64,000 nt of DNA, taken from Candidatus Hydrogenedentota bacterium (lineage in GTDB: Bacteria; Hydrogenedentota; Hydrogenedentia; Hydrogenedentales; SLHB01). Below are positions 1 to 11,000 of this stretch, piece after piece (position 1 is the first letter of the stretch; each line of letters starts with the position of its first letter). The position numbers and the translations under genes were made by a program. Under the pieces are notes generated by a model. That model was not told where the DNA came from and made no database searches. It saw nothing but the letters and a program-made list of their open reading frames with translations. The stretch is from assembly GCA_045863335.1 (NCBI GenBank), contig BTVY01000027.1, positions 1-64,000 of the forward strand, written 5' to 3'.

Positions 1-38
1 TGGAAAACGCCGCATGAAGCGGTACTCACAGAACTGCA

Positions 39-67
39 CCCCTTTGAAGGGGGATTAAGGGGGATGT
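39..67. repeat. REP-like palindromic repeat (CCCCTTTGAAGGGGGATTAAGGGGGATGT)
   Basis: Nearly identical to the copy at 17981-18017 and the inverted copy at 17852-17886; internal CCCCTT/AAGGGG palindrome. Confidence 0.75.
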
Positions 68-154
68 GTATTTGATCTCCTACGCGTTTGTTAGTTGACC
101 GCTTGAACATCGTATGCCGAGCACGTTGCTCGGTGGATAGAAGGGATTCGTGTC

Positions 155-937
155 GTGAACGTATTGGAACTGTTTTCGCTTGCCGGGAAGACGGCGGTGA
201 TAACCGGCGGGGCCGGGTTGTATGGACGGCAGATCGTGCGGGCGCTGGCGCAGGCTGGCGCGCATACGTATGTGGCGTCGCGCAATGTGGCGGCGCTGGA
301 AACGTTGGCGGAGACGCTGGCCGGGGAAGGGCTGCCCATTCATCCGCGGCAACTGGATCAGGGTGACGAAGCGAGCGTGCTCGCGTTGCGGGATGGTATC
401 CGATCCGAGCGGCCCACGGTGGATGTGCTCGTGAACAATGCCGTGCTGCGTCCGGTCAAAGGGTACGAAGACGACGCCGCGAACTTTGACTTGAGCATGC
501 ACGTCAACGCGACGGGGCTGTTTACGATCACCCGTGCCTTTGGCGACGTGATGGCCGAACAGGGCAGCGGCTCGATCGTCAACATCGGCTCCACGAAAGG
601 AATGATTGGTCCGGACCCGACCATCTACCGGGGTACCGACATGACCGGCTGGCATCCCGATTATTTCTTTCACAAGGGCGGCATGATCAATTTCACGCGT
701 TTCATCGCGAGTTACTACGGCGGGCGCAACGTGCGCTGCAATTGCCTCTCGCCGGGGGGATTCCAGGAAGAGAGCCATCCCGAGGCCTTCGTGCGGCAGT
801 ACAACGATCGCACCTGTCTGGGGCGCATGGCCAACAGCACGGACCTCATGGGCACGGTCGTGTTTCTGGCCAGCGATGCGTCCGCATACCTTACTGGCGC
901 GAATATTCCGGTTGACGGCGGGTATACAGTCAAATAG
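155..937 (+). CDS. SDR family oxidoreductase
   Basis: TGGAGLYG Rossmann motif, VLVNNA, YxxxK (YFFHK), C-terminal ITGANIPVDGG-like motif (LTGANIPVDGG). Confidence 0.92.
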   Translation: MNVLELFSLAGKTAVITGGAGLYGRQIVRALAQAGAHTYVASRNVAALETLAETLAGEGLPIHPRQLDQGDEASVLALRDGIRSERPTVDVLVNNAVLRPVKGYEDDAANFDLSMHVNATGLFTITRAFGDVMAEQGSGSIVNIGSTKGMIGPDPTIYRGTDMTGWHPDYFFHKGGMINFTRFIASYYGGRNVRCNCLSPGGFQEESHPEAFVRQYNDRTCLGRMANSTDLMGTVVFLASDASAYLTGANIPVDGGYTVK

Positions 938-952
938 GTAGAGGAGATCGAC

Positions 953-2047
953 ATGCATTTCTTTCGTGTGACGCGCTTCGTCGCGCTACTGCTTGGCTGT
1001 GTGGCCGTTGGTTATGCGCAGCCGCAAGAACAGGACCTCTTTTATCAAGACATGAACGGCGTGCCGGTGTATCGCATCCCAGCCTTGGCTGTGACAAACA
1101 ACGGGGTCGTCGTGGCCATCTGCGATGCGCGCGCCGATACCGGGCAAGACCTGCCCAACGACATCGATATCGTCATGCGGCGCAGCACGGATTCCGGGGA
1201 AACCTGGAGCGAACCGCGGGTGATTTCGGATTTCGGCAAGGAGGGCGGAGGCGATGCGGCTTTGCTGGTGGATCGCGCGACGGGACGGCTTTGGTGTTTC
1301 TTCACGTATGCGCCGGACGGCGTCGGTGTAAGGACCAGCAAGCCGGGCGTCGCGGGCGACACGTTTCAACTGCACCTCATGCATAGCGACGACGACGGCG
1401 AAACCTGGAGCGAGCCGCGCAACATCAACGCGGAGGTGAAGAAACCGGAATGGGAGGCGGTCTGGTCTTCGCCGGGACGCGGGTATCAAGACGACACGGG
1501 GCGCTTATATTTCCCGCTGAGCCGTAAATCGGGTGACGACGTTTTCAGCCACTTTATCTACAGCGACGATCATGGCGACACCTGGCACATGGGCGGTCCT
1601 GCGGGGGAAGGCACGAACGAGTGGATGCTGGTGGAGTTGCCTAACGGCGATCTACTCGCCAACATGCGCAGCGGCGACGGCGAGCACCGGCGCAAGGTGG
1701 CGACGTCGTCCGATCGCGGGACGACGTGGGAGGGATTTGGCAAACATCCCGAACTCGTGGAACCCGAGTGCCAGGCCTGCCTCATGTGGGCCGACCCGGA
1801 AGCGAAGGACGTGCTGCTGTTCTCCAATCCTGCGGATACCGAACGCCGCCACCTGACCGTGAAGGCCAGCCGCGATGGCGGGGAGACGTGGCCGGTTGCG
1901 AAGGTGATCTACGAAGGGCCAGCCGCGTACTCGTGCATGGCCGTCCTCCCCGACGGCCAGATCGGTATCCTCTACGAAGGCGGCGCCGATACGCCGTACC
2001 GGAACATCATCTTCGCGAAGTTCTCGTTGGAGTGGTTGGTGGAGTGA
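953..2047 (+). CDS. Secreted exo-alpha-sialidase family protein (GH33, BNR/Asp-box)
   Basis: Signal peptide; YRIP motif; five Asp-boxes (STDSGETW, SDDDGETW, SDDHGDTW, SSDRGTTW, SRDGGETW); AAYS tyrosine; RBS GAGGAG. Confidence 0.88.
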   Translation: MHFFRVTRFVALLLGCVAVGYAQPQEQDLFYQDMNGVPVYRIPALAVTNNGVVVAICDARADTGQDLPNDIDIVMRRSTDSGETWSEPRVISDFGKEGGGDAALLVDRATGRLWCFFTYAPDGVGVRTSKPGVAGDTFQLHLMHSDDDGETWSEPRNINAEVKKPEWEAVWSSPGRGYQDDTGRLYFPLSRKSGDDVFSHFIYSDDHGDTWHMGGPAGEGTNEWMLVELPNGDLLANMRSGDGEHRRKVATSSDRGTTWEGFGKHPELVEPECQACLMWADPEAKDVLLFSNPADTERRHLTVKASRDGGETWPVAKVIYEGPAAYSCMAVLPDGQIGILYEGGADTPYRNIIFAKFSLEWLVE

Positions 2048-2065
2048 AGGGAACCGAGGGAAAGC

Positions 2066-2347
2066 GTGAGTCAACTGCAGTTTGAATGGGATGAGTTCAA
2101 AGCTCGGCGAAACTTCGCGAAGCACGGGGTCGCTTTCGAAGAGGCCAGAACCGTGTTTAATGACCCATTTTCATTGACTGTTGCCGATCACGAGCATTCG
2201 AGCGGCGAGGATCGCTGGATTGACATTGGTGTTTCTATCCGGGGCAGACTTCTCGTCGTATGGTATACTGAGCACGGCAGCAGTATTCGAATCATTGGGT
2301 GCCGCAAGGCAACCGGTACAGAACGAGCGAGTTACGAACATGGGTGA
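2066..2347 (+). CDS. brnT: BrnT family type II toxin
   Basis: FEWDEFKARRNFAKHGVAFEEA...IRIIGCRKAT..ER..Y signature. Confidence 0.9.
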   Translation: MSQLQFEWDEFKARRNFAKHGVAFEEARTVFNDPFSLTVADHEHSSGEDRWIDIGVSIRGRLLVVWYTEHGSSIRIIGCRKATGTERASYEHG

Positions 2348-2585
2348 ACCTGACGACAACGAAATGAAGGCAGAGTACGACTTCTCCAAGGGCGTCAGAG
2401 GAAAGCACTACCGTGCTTACCGCAGCGGACACACGGTTCGCATTGCCAAGGCGGATGGTTCGATCGAAGAACATCACTTTACCTTGGAAGACGGGGCAGT
2501 CATGTTGGACCCGGACCTGCGGGAGCAGTTTCCCGACTCCGATGCCGTAAACAAAGCGCTCCGTTCGCTCGTCTCACATGATTGA
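2340..2585 (+). CDS. BrnA-like antitoxin
   Basis: ATG 2340 overlaps the brnT end; EMKAEYDFSKGVRGKHY and VMLDPDLREQFPDSDAVNKALRSL motifs. Confidence 0.82.
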   Translation: MGEPDDNEMKAEYDFSKGVRGKHYRAYRSGHTVRIAKADGSIEEHHFTLEDGAVMLDPDLREQFPDSDAVNKALRSLVSHD

Positions 2586-2617
2586 GCGAATGGGAATTTG
2601 TACCAACACCGACTCCG

Positions 2618-2851
2618 ATGAAGAAGGTACAGATCACGCTTGATGAGGAGTTGATCGACGCTGTCGATCAGTTTTCGAGACAGCTTGGGACCACACGTTC
2701 TGATTTCGTGCGGCAAGCCCTGCGTGATGCCGTGGAACGCCATCGTGTGGCGCTGTTCGAGGAAAAGCATCGTCGCGGGTACGAGCGGCACCCGGTATTA
2801 CCTGGTGAATTTCCACCTCCAGGACCAGGACCTGTCTGGTTAAACGTGTAG
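2618..2851 (+). CDS. Ribbon-helix-helix (CopG family) protein, probable antitoxin
   Basis: MKKVQITLDEELIDAVD...TTRSDFVRQAL RHH pattern followed by E.KHRRGYERHP..PGEF. Confidence 0.78.
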   Translation: MKKVQITLDEELIDAVDQFSRQLGTTRSDFVRQALRDAVERHRVALFEEKHRRGYERHPVLPGEFPPPGPGPVWLNV

Positions 2852-2892
2852 CACAAATTGGACTTGAGATCTCCAACCTCCCGTCCCCCGTC

Positions 2893-2922
2893 ATGAACCA
2901 TCCCCGCCTGATATGCTATAGT
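2893..2922 (+). promoter_or_regulatory. Putative sigma70 promoter of leuS
   Basis: Extended -10 TGcTATAGT (2914-2922); weak -35 ATGAAC; RBS GGAGG at 2967-2971. Confidence 0.5.
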
Positions 2923-2981
2923 CTCGTTTTCTCTGTCTGATGCCTGAATTTTCGCCTTTATTTCCGGGAGGTTTGGAATCC

Positions 2982-5507
2982 ATGTCGAGCGGGATGTACG
3001 ACCATAACGCCATCGAATCGAAGTGGCGCGCGTACTGGTTGGAGAACAAAACATTCAGGAGCGAGGTCGATGCCGCCAAGCCCAAGTACTACATCCTCGA
3101 CATGTTTCCCTATCCCAGCGGCGACGGGTTGCACGTGGGGCATCCGCTCGGGTATGTGGCCACGGATATCATCGCGCGGGTGAAGCGCATGCAAGGGTTT
3201 AACGTGCTGCATCCGATGGGGTGGGACGCGTTCGGGCTACCGGCGGAACGGCACGCGATGCGTACCGGTGAACATCCCGCCATCATCACGAAACGGAACT
3301 GCGATAATTTCCGTCGGCAACTGCAATTGCTCGGGCTTTCCTACGACTGGGATCGCGAGATCGACACCACCGATCCCGGGTACTACAAATGGACGCAGTG
3401 GATCTTCCAGGTGCTCTTCGAGCGCGGGCTTGCGTATCAGATCGAAGCTCCCGTGAACTGGTGTCCCGCCATCGGCACCGTGTTGGCCAATGAGGAAGTG
3501 AAAGACGGCAAGTACGTGGAGACCGGCGATCCGGTCGAGAAGCGGATGATGCGGCAGTGGATGCTGAAAATCACCGCGTATGCGGAACGCTTGCTTGCGG
3601 ACCTCGACACGCTGGAATGGCCGGAGAGCGTGAAGTCCATGCAGCGCGAATGGATCGGCAAGAGCGAAGGCGCGGACGCGGTGTTTAAGGTCGCAGGAAC
3701 AGATTTGACGTTCACGATCTTTACGACGCGCCCGGACACCTTGTTTGGCGCGACGTATTGCGTACTCGCGCCGGAACATCCCCTGACCGCGCAGGTCACA
3801 ACGGACGCACAGCGCGCCGAGGTGGACGCCTACGTGCAGGCCGCGTCGAAGCGCAGCGCCCAGGACCGCATGCAGGCGGAGCGCGAGAAGACAGGCGTGT
3901 TCACCGGCGCCTATGCGGTTAATCCCGTCAATGGCAAAGAGATTCCGATTTGGACGGCGGACTACGTGCTGGCCGAATACGGGTACGGCGCGATTATGGC
4001 CGTGCCCGCGCACGACACGCGCGACTATGAGTTCGCCACGAAATTTGGATTGCCGATTGTCGAAGTGGTGAGCGGGGGAGACATCAGCAAGGAAGCGTAC
4101 ACGGGCGACGGCGTGCTCGTGAATTCCGAGATCATCAACGGGCTGAGTGTGCCCGATGCGAAGAAGAAGATTTGCGCGTGGCTTGAAGAACGTGGTCTCG
4201 GCAAAGGCACCGTGAACTACCGTCTGCGCGACTGGCTATTTTCGCGGCAGCGGTACTGGGGTGAACCGATCCCGCTGGTCACGCTGGAAGACGGAACGGT
4301 CCGCGCGGTCCCCATGGAAGATTTGCCGGTCATGCTTCCCGAGCTGGACGAGTATAAGCCGACCGAAGACGGCCAGCCGCCGCTCGCGCGGGCGACGGAT
4401 TGGGTGCATGCCACCGATCCCGGGACTGGCAAACCGGCCTTGCGCGAGACGAACACCATGCCGCAATGGGCGGGGTCATGCTGGTACTACCTGCGCTTCG
4501 TCGACGCGCGCAACGAACAGGCCGCGTGGTCGAAGGAGGCGGAGCAGTATTGGATGCCGGTCGACCTGTACGTGGGCGGCACGGAACATGCCGTGTTGCA
4601 CCTGCTCTACGCGCGGTTCTGGCACAAGGTGCTCTACGACGCGGGCTATGTGTCGACCATTGAACCGTTCTCGCGCTTGTTCAATCCGGGCAAGATCCAG
4701 GCGCACTCGTATCGCGACGCCAACGGTAAGTACTACTTCCCGGAGCAGGTCGAGAGGCGCGGCGAGGATTGGTACGTGAAGGGAACCGATACGATCCTCG
4801 AAACGCAGGTCGAGAAGATGAGCAAGTCGCGCTACAACGTAGTGAATCCCGACCGCGTCGTCGAGGAACTCGGCGCGGATTCCATGCGGCTGTACCAGAT
4901 GTTCATGGGGCCGCTCGACCGCGATAAGCCGTGGACCGAGGAAGGGCTGCACGGGATTCATCGCTTCCTGCGTCGCGTGTGGTCGCTGGTGGTCGCCGAA
5001 GACGGCAGCCTCAATGCGAAGGTGGTTGCGAGCGGAGGCGACGAGTCGATGTTGAAGACGCTGCATCAGACGATCAAGTCCGTGACAGAGGATGTACAGA
5101 ACCTCCAGTTCAACACGGCGATTTCGCGCATGATGGAGTATCTGAACGCGGCCGTGAAGGCAAAGACGATCAACAAGGCGGAGGTTGAACAGTACATTCT
5201 CCTGTTGTCGCCCTTTGCGCCGCACATGTGTGAAGAGTTGTGGGAGCGGCTCGGCCACAGCGGGACCATTGCGTACGAGGCGTGGCCGTCCTACGACGCG
5301 AGTCTGCTCGTCGAAGATACGATCGAGATCCCGATCCAAGTCAACGGAAAGTTGCGCGGCGTTGTCGCCGTTGCCGCCGATGCGGATAAGGACACCGTCC
5401 TCGCTGCGGCGAAGGCCGAGCCGAAGGTCCAGAGCCACATCGACGGGAAGAACCTGGTCAAAGAGATCTACGTGCCCGGCAAGATGGTGAATCTGATCGC
5501 GAAGTAG
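2982..5507 (+). CDS. leuS: Leucine--tRNA ligase
   Basis: [16 protein letters not shown] (HIGH motif), [17 protein letters not shown] editing domain, KMSKS; start after GGAGG. Confidence 0.98.
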   Translation: MSSGMYDHNAIESKWRAYWLENKTFRSEVDAAKPKYYILDMFPYPSGDGLHVGHPLGYVATDIIARVKRMQGFNVLHPMGWDAFGLPAERHAMRTGEHPAIITKRNCDNFRRQLQLLGLSYDWDREIDTTDPGYYKWTQWIFQVLFERGLAYQIEAPVNWCPAIGTVLANEEVKDGKYVETGDPVEKRMMRQWMLKITAYAERLLADLDTLEWPESVKSMQREWIGKSEGADAVFKVAGTDLTFTIFTTRPDTLFGATYCVLAPEHPLTAQVTTDAQRAEVDAYVQAASKRSAQDRMQAEREKTGVFTGAYAVNPVNGKEIPIWTADYVLAEYGYGAIMAVPAHDTRDYEFATKFGLPIVEVVSGGDISKEAYTGDGVLVNSEIINGLSVPDAKKKICAWLEERGLGKGTVNYRLRDWLFSRQRYWGEPIPLVTLEDGTVRAVPMEDLPVMLPELDEYKPTEDGQPPLARATDWVHATDPGTGKPALRETNTMPQWAGSCWYYLRFVDARNEQAAWSKEAEQYWMPVDLYVGGTEHAVLHLLYARFWHKVLYDAGYVSTIEPFSRLFNPGKIQAHSYRDANGKYYFPEQVERRGEDWYVKGTDTILETQVEKMSKSRYNVVNPDRVVEELGADSMRLYQMFMGPLDRDKPWTEEGLHGIHRFLRRVWSLVVAEDGSLNAKVVASGGDESMLKTLHQTIKSVTEDVQNLQFNTAISRMMEYLNAAVKAKTINKAEVEQYILLLSPFAPHMCEELWERLGHSGTIAYEAWPSYDASLLVEDTIEIPIQVNGKLRGVVAVAADADKDTVLAAAKAEPKVQSHIDGKNLVKEIYVPGKMVNLIAK

Positions 5508-5595
5508 ATGGATGGTCTGCCGGTAGCGCAGGCGTTCTCGACTGCATATCTTCGGGTTTCGTTCGAGACGCGATGAATCGTTTTCACCCTTGAAG

Positions 5596-5622
5596 ATGGA
5601 CCCCCGCGTTCGCGAGGGTGAC
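5596..5622. repeat. REP-like palindrome (ATGGACCCCCGCGTTCGCGAGGGTGAC)
   Basis: Imperfect CCCCCGCG/CGCGAGGG hairpin ending TGAC, resembling GGATCCCCGC..GCGGGGATGAC type extragenic repeats; single copy in this window. Confidence 0.45.
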
Positions 5623-5643
5623 TTGGATTTTGGTTGCGAACCT

Positions 5644-5693
5644 GATCCCGATCCCGATCCCGATCCCGATCCCGATCCCGATAGCGATCCCGA
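5644..5693. repeat. Hexamer tandem repeat (GATCCC)n with a GATAGC variant
   Basis: gatccc x6, gatagc, gatccc directly visible; same units at 21369-21463. Confidence 0.9.
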
Positions 5694-5832
5694 GGTGCTC
5701 CCGGCTCGTGGGTGATGGTATCTACGGATTGTTCGCAATTCTCTACTTTGCTTGAGCGGAATTCTACGCGTCCGGTGGCCGTTTCTGATCTATAATGGAC
5801 GGTGGAGCCGCACCCAATCAGGAGGTCCTGCT

Positions 5833-6438
5833 ATGAGTACCTCACCTTCTCTTGTAAACTCCCGTTTGTTGCTTCTGGTTCTTGCCGGTGCATTGACCAT
5901 CCTCTTGAAAAGTTCCTGCGACCGCACCAGTGTGGCCGAGGAATCGGCCGCTCTTCCCGGCGACGAAGCCACGATTTCGCTCAAGGTAACGAGCCCCGCG
6001 TTTCTTGAAGGCGAACAAATCCCCAAGAAGTACACGGGTGAGGGTCTCGACGTGTCGCCGCCGCTTGAGTGGGTCGAGGCACCACCGAACACAGCCTCTT
6101 TTGCACTCACTTGCGATGATCCCGACGCGCCTATGGGCACGTGGGACCATTGGGTCATCTACAACATTCCGGCAAATGCGTCAAAGCTCCCCGAGGCCGT
6201 GCCCACTCAGGAACTGTTGCCCGATGGCAGCCGCCAGGGCCTGAACGATTTCGGGGAGATTGGTTATCGCGGTCCCATGCCGCCACCCGGCAAACCGCAT
6301 CGGTACTATTTCACGCTTTACGCGTTGGACACGGTCCTCGATCTGCCCAAACCGGTTGGGCGGGAAGAGCTGGAGAAGGCCCTTGAAGGCCATGTCATCG
6401 AAGAGTCCCGCCTGATGGGGACCTACCAGAGGCAGTAG
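5833..6438 (+). CDS. YbhB/YbcL family (PEBP, Raf kinase inhibitor-like) protein with N-terminal membrane anchor or signal
   Basis: SPPLEW, DPDAP, HWVIYNIP, GYRGPMPPPG, HRYYFTLYALD; RBS AGGAGG; TATAAT at 5791. Confidence 0.92.
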   Translation: MSTSPSLVNSRLLLLVLAGALTILLKSSCDRTSVAEESAALPGDEATISLKVTSPAFLEGEQIPKKYTGEGLDVSPPLEWVEAPPNTASFALTCDDPDAPMGTWDHWVIYNIPANASKLPEAVPTQELLPDGSRQGLNDFGEIGYRGPMPPPGKPHRYYFTLYALDTVLDLPKPVGREELEKALEGHVIEESRLMGTYQRQ

Positions 6439-6442
6439 CACC

Positions 6443-7456
6443 ATGCGCGCAATGCAGTTGAACGCGATTGCGAAAATGGAATCGTCGCCGTTGCAACTGG
6501 TCGAGCGTGACCTGCCCACCCCGGGCGTCGGCGAAATGCGCGTGAGAGTCCATTGCTGCGGAATCTGCCGGACCGATCTCCACGTCATCGAGGGCGAACT
6601 GCCGCAACAGACCCTGCCGATCATACCCGGGCATCAGGTTGTCGGGACCGTCGACGACATGGGGGAGGGGTGTGGCCGCTTCAAGCGCGGCGACCGCGTC
6701 GGCGTGGCGTGGCTTCGGCATACCTGCGGCGAATGCGCGTTCTGTACGCGCGGCCAGGAGAATCTGTGCGAATCATCGCGCTTCACCGGGTACCACGCCG
6801 ACGGCGGCTTCGCGGAGTACTGTCTGGTGCCCGAGGATTTCGCGTACGCCATCCCCGACGGGTTTCGCGACGAGGACGCCGCGCCGTTGCTGTGTGCAGG
6901 GATCATCGGTTACCACGCGCTGCGGCGCTGCAACCTTCCCGATAAAGGCAAGCTCGCGTTGTACGGCTTCGGCTCGTCGGCGCATATCGTATTTCAGATC
7001 GCGAAGCATCGCGGCGCGACGATCTTCGTGGTCACTCGGGGCGAAGAACACGTGCAGCTCGCGCGCGGCATGGGCGCGGCCTGGGCTGGTACGACAACCG
7101 ACGGCATGCCGGAGAAGGCCGATAGCGCGATCATCTTCGCGCCCGCGGGCGAGTTGGTCCCGTCCGCGCTGGAATCGCTGGAAAAAGGCGGCACACTGGC
7201 CCTCGCCGGGATCTACATGTCCGACATTCCACGCATGAACTACGAGCGCCACATCTTCTACGAACGCGACATCCACTCCGTAACCGCCAACACCCGCGAC
7301 GATGGAAAAGGATTGATGGAGGAAGCCGCCCATTGTCACATTCGGCCGCATGTCTCCATCTATTCATTGGAAGAAGCCAATCGCGCATTGCAGGACTTAA
7401 AGGCAGATCGTATCAGCGGGTCCGGCGTGCTCCGGATCGGCTCGCGGGAATCCTGA
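6443..7456 (+). CDS. Zinc-dependent alcohol dehydrogenase family protein
   Basis: CGICRTDLH, PGHQVVG, structural Zn CxxCxxC(7)C, PLLCAGIIGY, GFGSSA. Confidence 0.93.
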   Translation: MRAMQLNAIAKMESSPLQLVERDLPTPGVGEMRVRVHCCGICRTDLHVIEGELPQQTLPIIPGHQVVGTVDDMGEGCGRFKRGDRVGVAWLRHTCGECAFCTRGQENLCESSRFTGYHADGGFAEYCLVPEDFAYAIPDGFRDEDAAPLLCAGIIGYHALRRCNLPDKGKLALYGFGSSAHIVFQIAKHRGATIFVVTRGEEHVQLARGMGAAWAGTTTDGMPEKADSAIIFAPAGELVPSALESLEKGGTLALAGIYMSDIPRMNYERHIFYERDIHSVTANTRDDGKGLMEEAAHCHIRPHVSIYSLEEANRALQDLKADRISGSGVLRIGSRES

Positions 7457-7459
7457 ATC

Positions 7460-7486
7460 TGTCCGTGTTCGTCTGTGTGGGTCTGT
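7460..7486. repeat. Degenerate decamer tandem repeat (GTCCGTGTTC GTCTGTGTGG GTCTGTG)
   Basis: Three imperfect 10-bp units directly after the ADH stop codon. Confidence 0.5.
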
Positions 7487-7562
7487 GACTGTCGGTGAAT
7501 CGCATAAGCACATCCGCTGCAATGAATTATTCCCCCGTCGCCACCCTCCGGACATAAAGTTC

Positions 7563-7611
7563 TTGACAGATGACTACGCGTGTAGTAAATTTATGACGAC
7601 AGGTGTAGTCA
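7563..7611 (+). promoter_or_regulatory. sigma70 promoter with two BlaI/CopY-type operator palindromes
   Basis: TTGACA (7563-7568), 17 bp, TAAATT (7586-7591); palindromes ACTAC-GCGT-GTAGT (7573-7586) and TGACGACA-GG-TGTAGTCA (7594-7611) resemble the TACA-N2-TGTA box. Confidence 0.8.
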
Positions 7612-7648
7612 GAACAAACAGCCAAACAACGAGAGGTGACCCGTACTC

Positions 7649-8041
7649 ATGGCGCCACGACGAAAAGACCTGGGGGAATTGGAACTGGCGGTATTGAATG
7701 CCGTGTGGGAACGGCCAGGGAGCACGGTGCGCGAGATTGCGGAAGTGATGGCCGGGCGCCGGTCCATCGCGCGTACGACCGTGCTGACCGTGATGCAGCG
7801 GCTTCACGCGAAGAAGTTCCTGAAGCGCACGAAAGTACGCGGTGTCTTTCGCTATTCCGCGACGGGTGAACAAACCAAAGTGGTGTCCGATCTCATCGGA
7901 CACTTCGTGCAAAAGGTTCTGGGAGGATCCCCCGCGCCGTTTCTCGCGTACCTTGCGGACGCCAAGAACCTGACCGAGGATCAAATCGACCAACTTCGGA
8001 ACATTGTCGAGGAACTGGAACGCGACGAGGAGGGCACGTGA
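7649..8041 (+). CDS. BlaI/MecI/CopY family transcriptional repressor
   Basis: LGELELAVLNAVWERPGSTVREI...ARTTVLTVMQRL..K.FL winged helix; 130 aa; directly upstream of the M56 gene. Confidence 0.93.
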   Translation: MAPRRKDLGELELAVLNAVWERPGSTVREIAEVMAGRRSIARTTVLTVMQRLHAKKFLKRTKVRGVFRYSATGEQTKVVSDLIGHFVQKVLGGSPAPFLAYLADAKNLTEDQIDQLRNIVEELERDEEGT

Positions 8042-8042
8042 G

Positions 8043-11000
8043 ATGCCGGAACTCATCGAAGTGACCAACGAATTCGCGCCGCACTGGGCAGGTGTTATGT
8101 GGGCTGCCGTTTGGCAAAGCAGCATTCTTGCAGCAGCAGTTCTTGGAATTACTCTTCTGCTCAGAAGGTTCTCGCCATCGCTTCGGTACTGGCTGTGGAT
8201 GCTCGTCGTGTTGCGCTTGCTGGTTGTTCCGCTGGGGACCGTTAGCTTGCCCATCCTCCCGGCGCTTAACGAGTCCGTCCACGTTGACGGACCCGCGATC
8301 GCGGAGGAGTTGCTTACAGAAATTACCGCCACCCCTGGCGCGGGTGGTTTTGGTGCGGGTTCCGGGGTCCCCGGCTTATCCGCGGTTGAGTTGCCGCCTG
8401 CCCCGTCGTCCCCGCAACAAGCGGAACCTGCGCGGACTCTGCCGAAACCATCACTACCCACGATAGTGTTCGCGGTATGGGTTCTTGGAATTCTCGCTGC
8501 GGCAGGACGGCTTGCGTGGACGTGGTCACAAACGCGTCGAATCGTCCATCACGCGACTGCTCCATCGTGCGATACGCGATTGTCTACCTTGGCGAGTCGA
8601 ATTGCGTATGCCATGGGATTGCGCCGCGCCCCACGAATCGGCATTACCGGATGCAGCGTGTCGCCCTTCGTGTTTGGCGTAATCAAACCCGTGGTGATAC
8701 TGCCTCGGCAACTCGTGGAGCGCGCGGACGACGGACAACTCGCAGCCGTCCTGGCGCATGAGTTCGCTCATCTGCGCCGGTTCGATCCGCTGTTCGGGTG
8801 GCTGTTTTCGCTATGCCACGCCGCATACTTTTTCCACCCCGCCCTGATTCTGGTGAAACGTCAACTTCTCATCGAGCGGGAGCGAGCCTGCGACGACTAC
8901 GCCCTGGCAATCAGCAAGGCGCGCCCCAGCGAGTATGCACGCGCCCTCGTCTCGGTCGCCGAGTTGTGCAGCGCGCCGGCCACCGCGGTGGGTCCTCTGT
9001 TGGTAGTGGCAGAGTCGTTCGCAGATCTCAAGACCCGGCTCGTCGCACTGCAGCGGCAGACCCGGCCTCAAGCGCGCCTGTCAATCGGCGCACTGGCCGT
9101 ACTCATCGCTTTGGCGACGGTTACGGTGCCAGGAATTGCCTTGACGAACCGGGCGCCTGAATTGGCGACGGCGGTCGTGCACGATATGGATGAAAATTTC
9201 CAGGTGGCGCAGGCGCCGGTCGCGCGCGTCGAGCCTACACGCAATGCCCGGGTATTCGCGCCACCGCAGCACATTCCTGTGGATGGTCGCGTGCTCCACT
9301 TTCCTTCGGATCGAACCCTGGGCACGATTCGAATCATGGATTCCGATTTTGAACGTACGCTCGACACCTTCTATCACTGGCTTGACGACTCGGAGTGGGT
9401 CGATTGGAGCACCGCACGAGGCGACGTAGTCATTCCCGAAGGCAAGCACGTGTGGCTCGTTCTCAATCCGCGCGCGTGCAGCGATCTCTCCGGGTTGCAG
9501 CAATTGCAGCCGAACGATATTTTCAAGTTGTCCGTGGACTACACGGAACGCGGCGGGCCCAGTCTCGACGATACCGGCATGGCGCACATCGCGCATCTCA
9601 CGGGGATTCGGTATCTCCATCTCCGGTGGTCCAACGTGACAGACGCGGGCCTCGTATTCCTACCGGAGCTTTACCGCTTGGAGCGCCTGCAGGTGCCGCG
9701 ATATATGACGGACGCGGGCATGGCGCAAATCGCGCGCGCCCCCTGGTTGAAGGCGCTTTACCTGAGCGAGACCCCCGTGACCGACGCAGGAATGGCCTAT
9801 CTGGAGAAACTCTCGGGGCTGCGTGAGTTGTCCATCGACGCCACTAATGTGGGCGATGCGGGTCTCGCCTATCTGACCTATTTGGCCCAACTCGATTATC
9901 TCATGCTGGGCGGGGCCTATTTCACGGACTACGGCATGGAACAACTGAAGGCCGCGCCGTCCATTCGGATACTGAACGTCAGCCGTCTCGGGATCTCCGA
10001 TCGCGGTGTGCAACACCTCGCGGCCTTGCCAAACCTCGAAGTGCTCTCGCTGTATGGCATTCCCGCATTGACCAATGAATCGCTCGCCCATCTCGGGCAG
10101 TCGCAGACCCTCCGTAAACTCGATCTCAGCGTGCCCGCGGGGGACACCTCGCGAATCCACGACGAAGGGTTTGCTGCGCTTGCAACCTGTCCAAACCTGG
10201 AGCATCTATGTCTGCCCCCCACGTTCAGCGACCGCGGTCTGGCCAGCGTGGCGAAGTTGAAAGGCCTGAAGTACCTCCATGCTACCAATTCTTCACGCGG
10301 CGCACTGAGCGACGCAGGCCTTCGCTCGATCGCCGAACTGCCGGTTCTCGAGGAACTTCACGTCACCGGTGGCGACGGAATCACCGATGCCGGGATCGCT
10401 CGTATCGGCGGTATGCAATCCCTCAGAACGCTTATGCTCATGAGCGACTCGCGTAACTTTACTGACGCGGGCGTCGCAGAACTGGCCAGGCTAACTAACT
10501 TGACCAGTCTCGAACTCTTCATGACGCCCAAATACTGCCCGGTGACAAAGTCCGGGCTGAATCATCTCAATCGTCTCACGAATCTCAGGTTCTTGAGCGT
10601 TCTTGGCGGCCGCCCGGATGACTCCGTGCTGGACCTGTCCGCGCTGTACGAAATGGAGAACCTCACAATCGGCATTCCGGAATTGCGCGACGAGGACGTG
10701 GCCTTCGTAGCCAAGCTCCCCAATCTCAAGTGGCTCCAAGGAATCCGCGGCATCAGCGACGAAGGCATGGCCTTCGTTGCCGGACTGACACGTCTCGAAC
10801 GGCTCAATATCGGCGGTCCCACGGTTACCGATGACGGGTTGCGGCATCTGCGCGGGCTGAAAGTGCTGAACCATCTATCCGTGGAAGGGAACTTCACGGA
10901 CGCCGGTTTGCGCCAGCTCGAAGCGAACCCATTGCTTCGCATGGTCAGTTTCGAGGGCGGGAAGGCGTTCACGCAGGAAGGGTTGGAACGTTTCGTCATG

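Noticed and set aside
2852-2981. T-box or attenuator upstream of leuS
   Set aside because: Leader is only about 55 nt after the -10; no T-box motif or terminator
4476-5738. 420-aa minus-strand ORF with GSGSGS run
   Set aside because: Antisense shadow of leuS; the GS run is just the (GATCCC)n repeat
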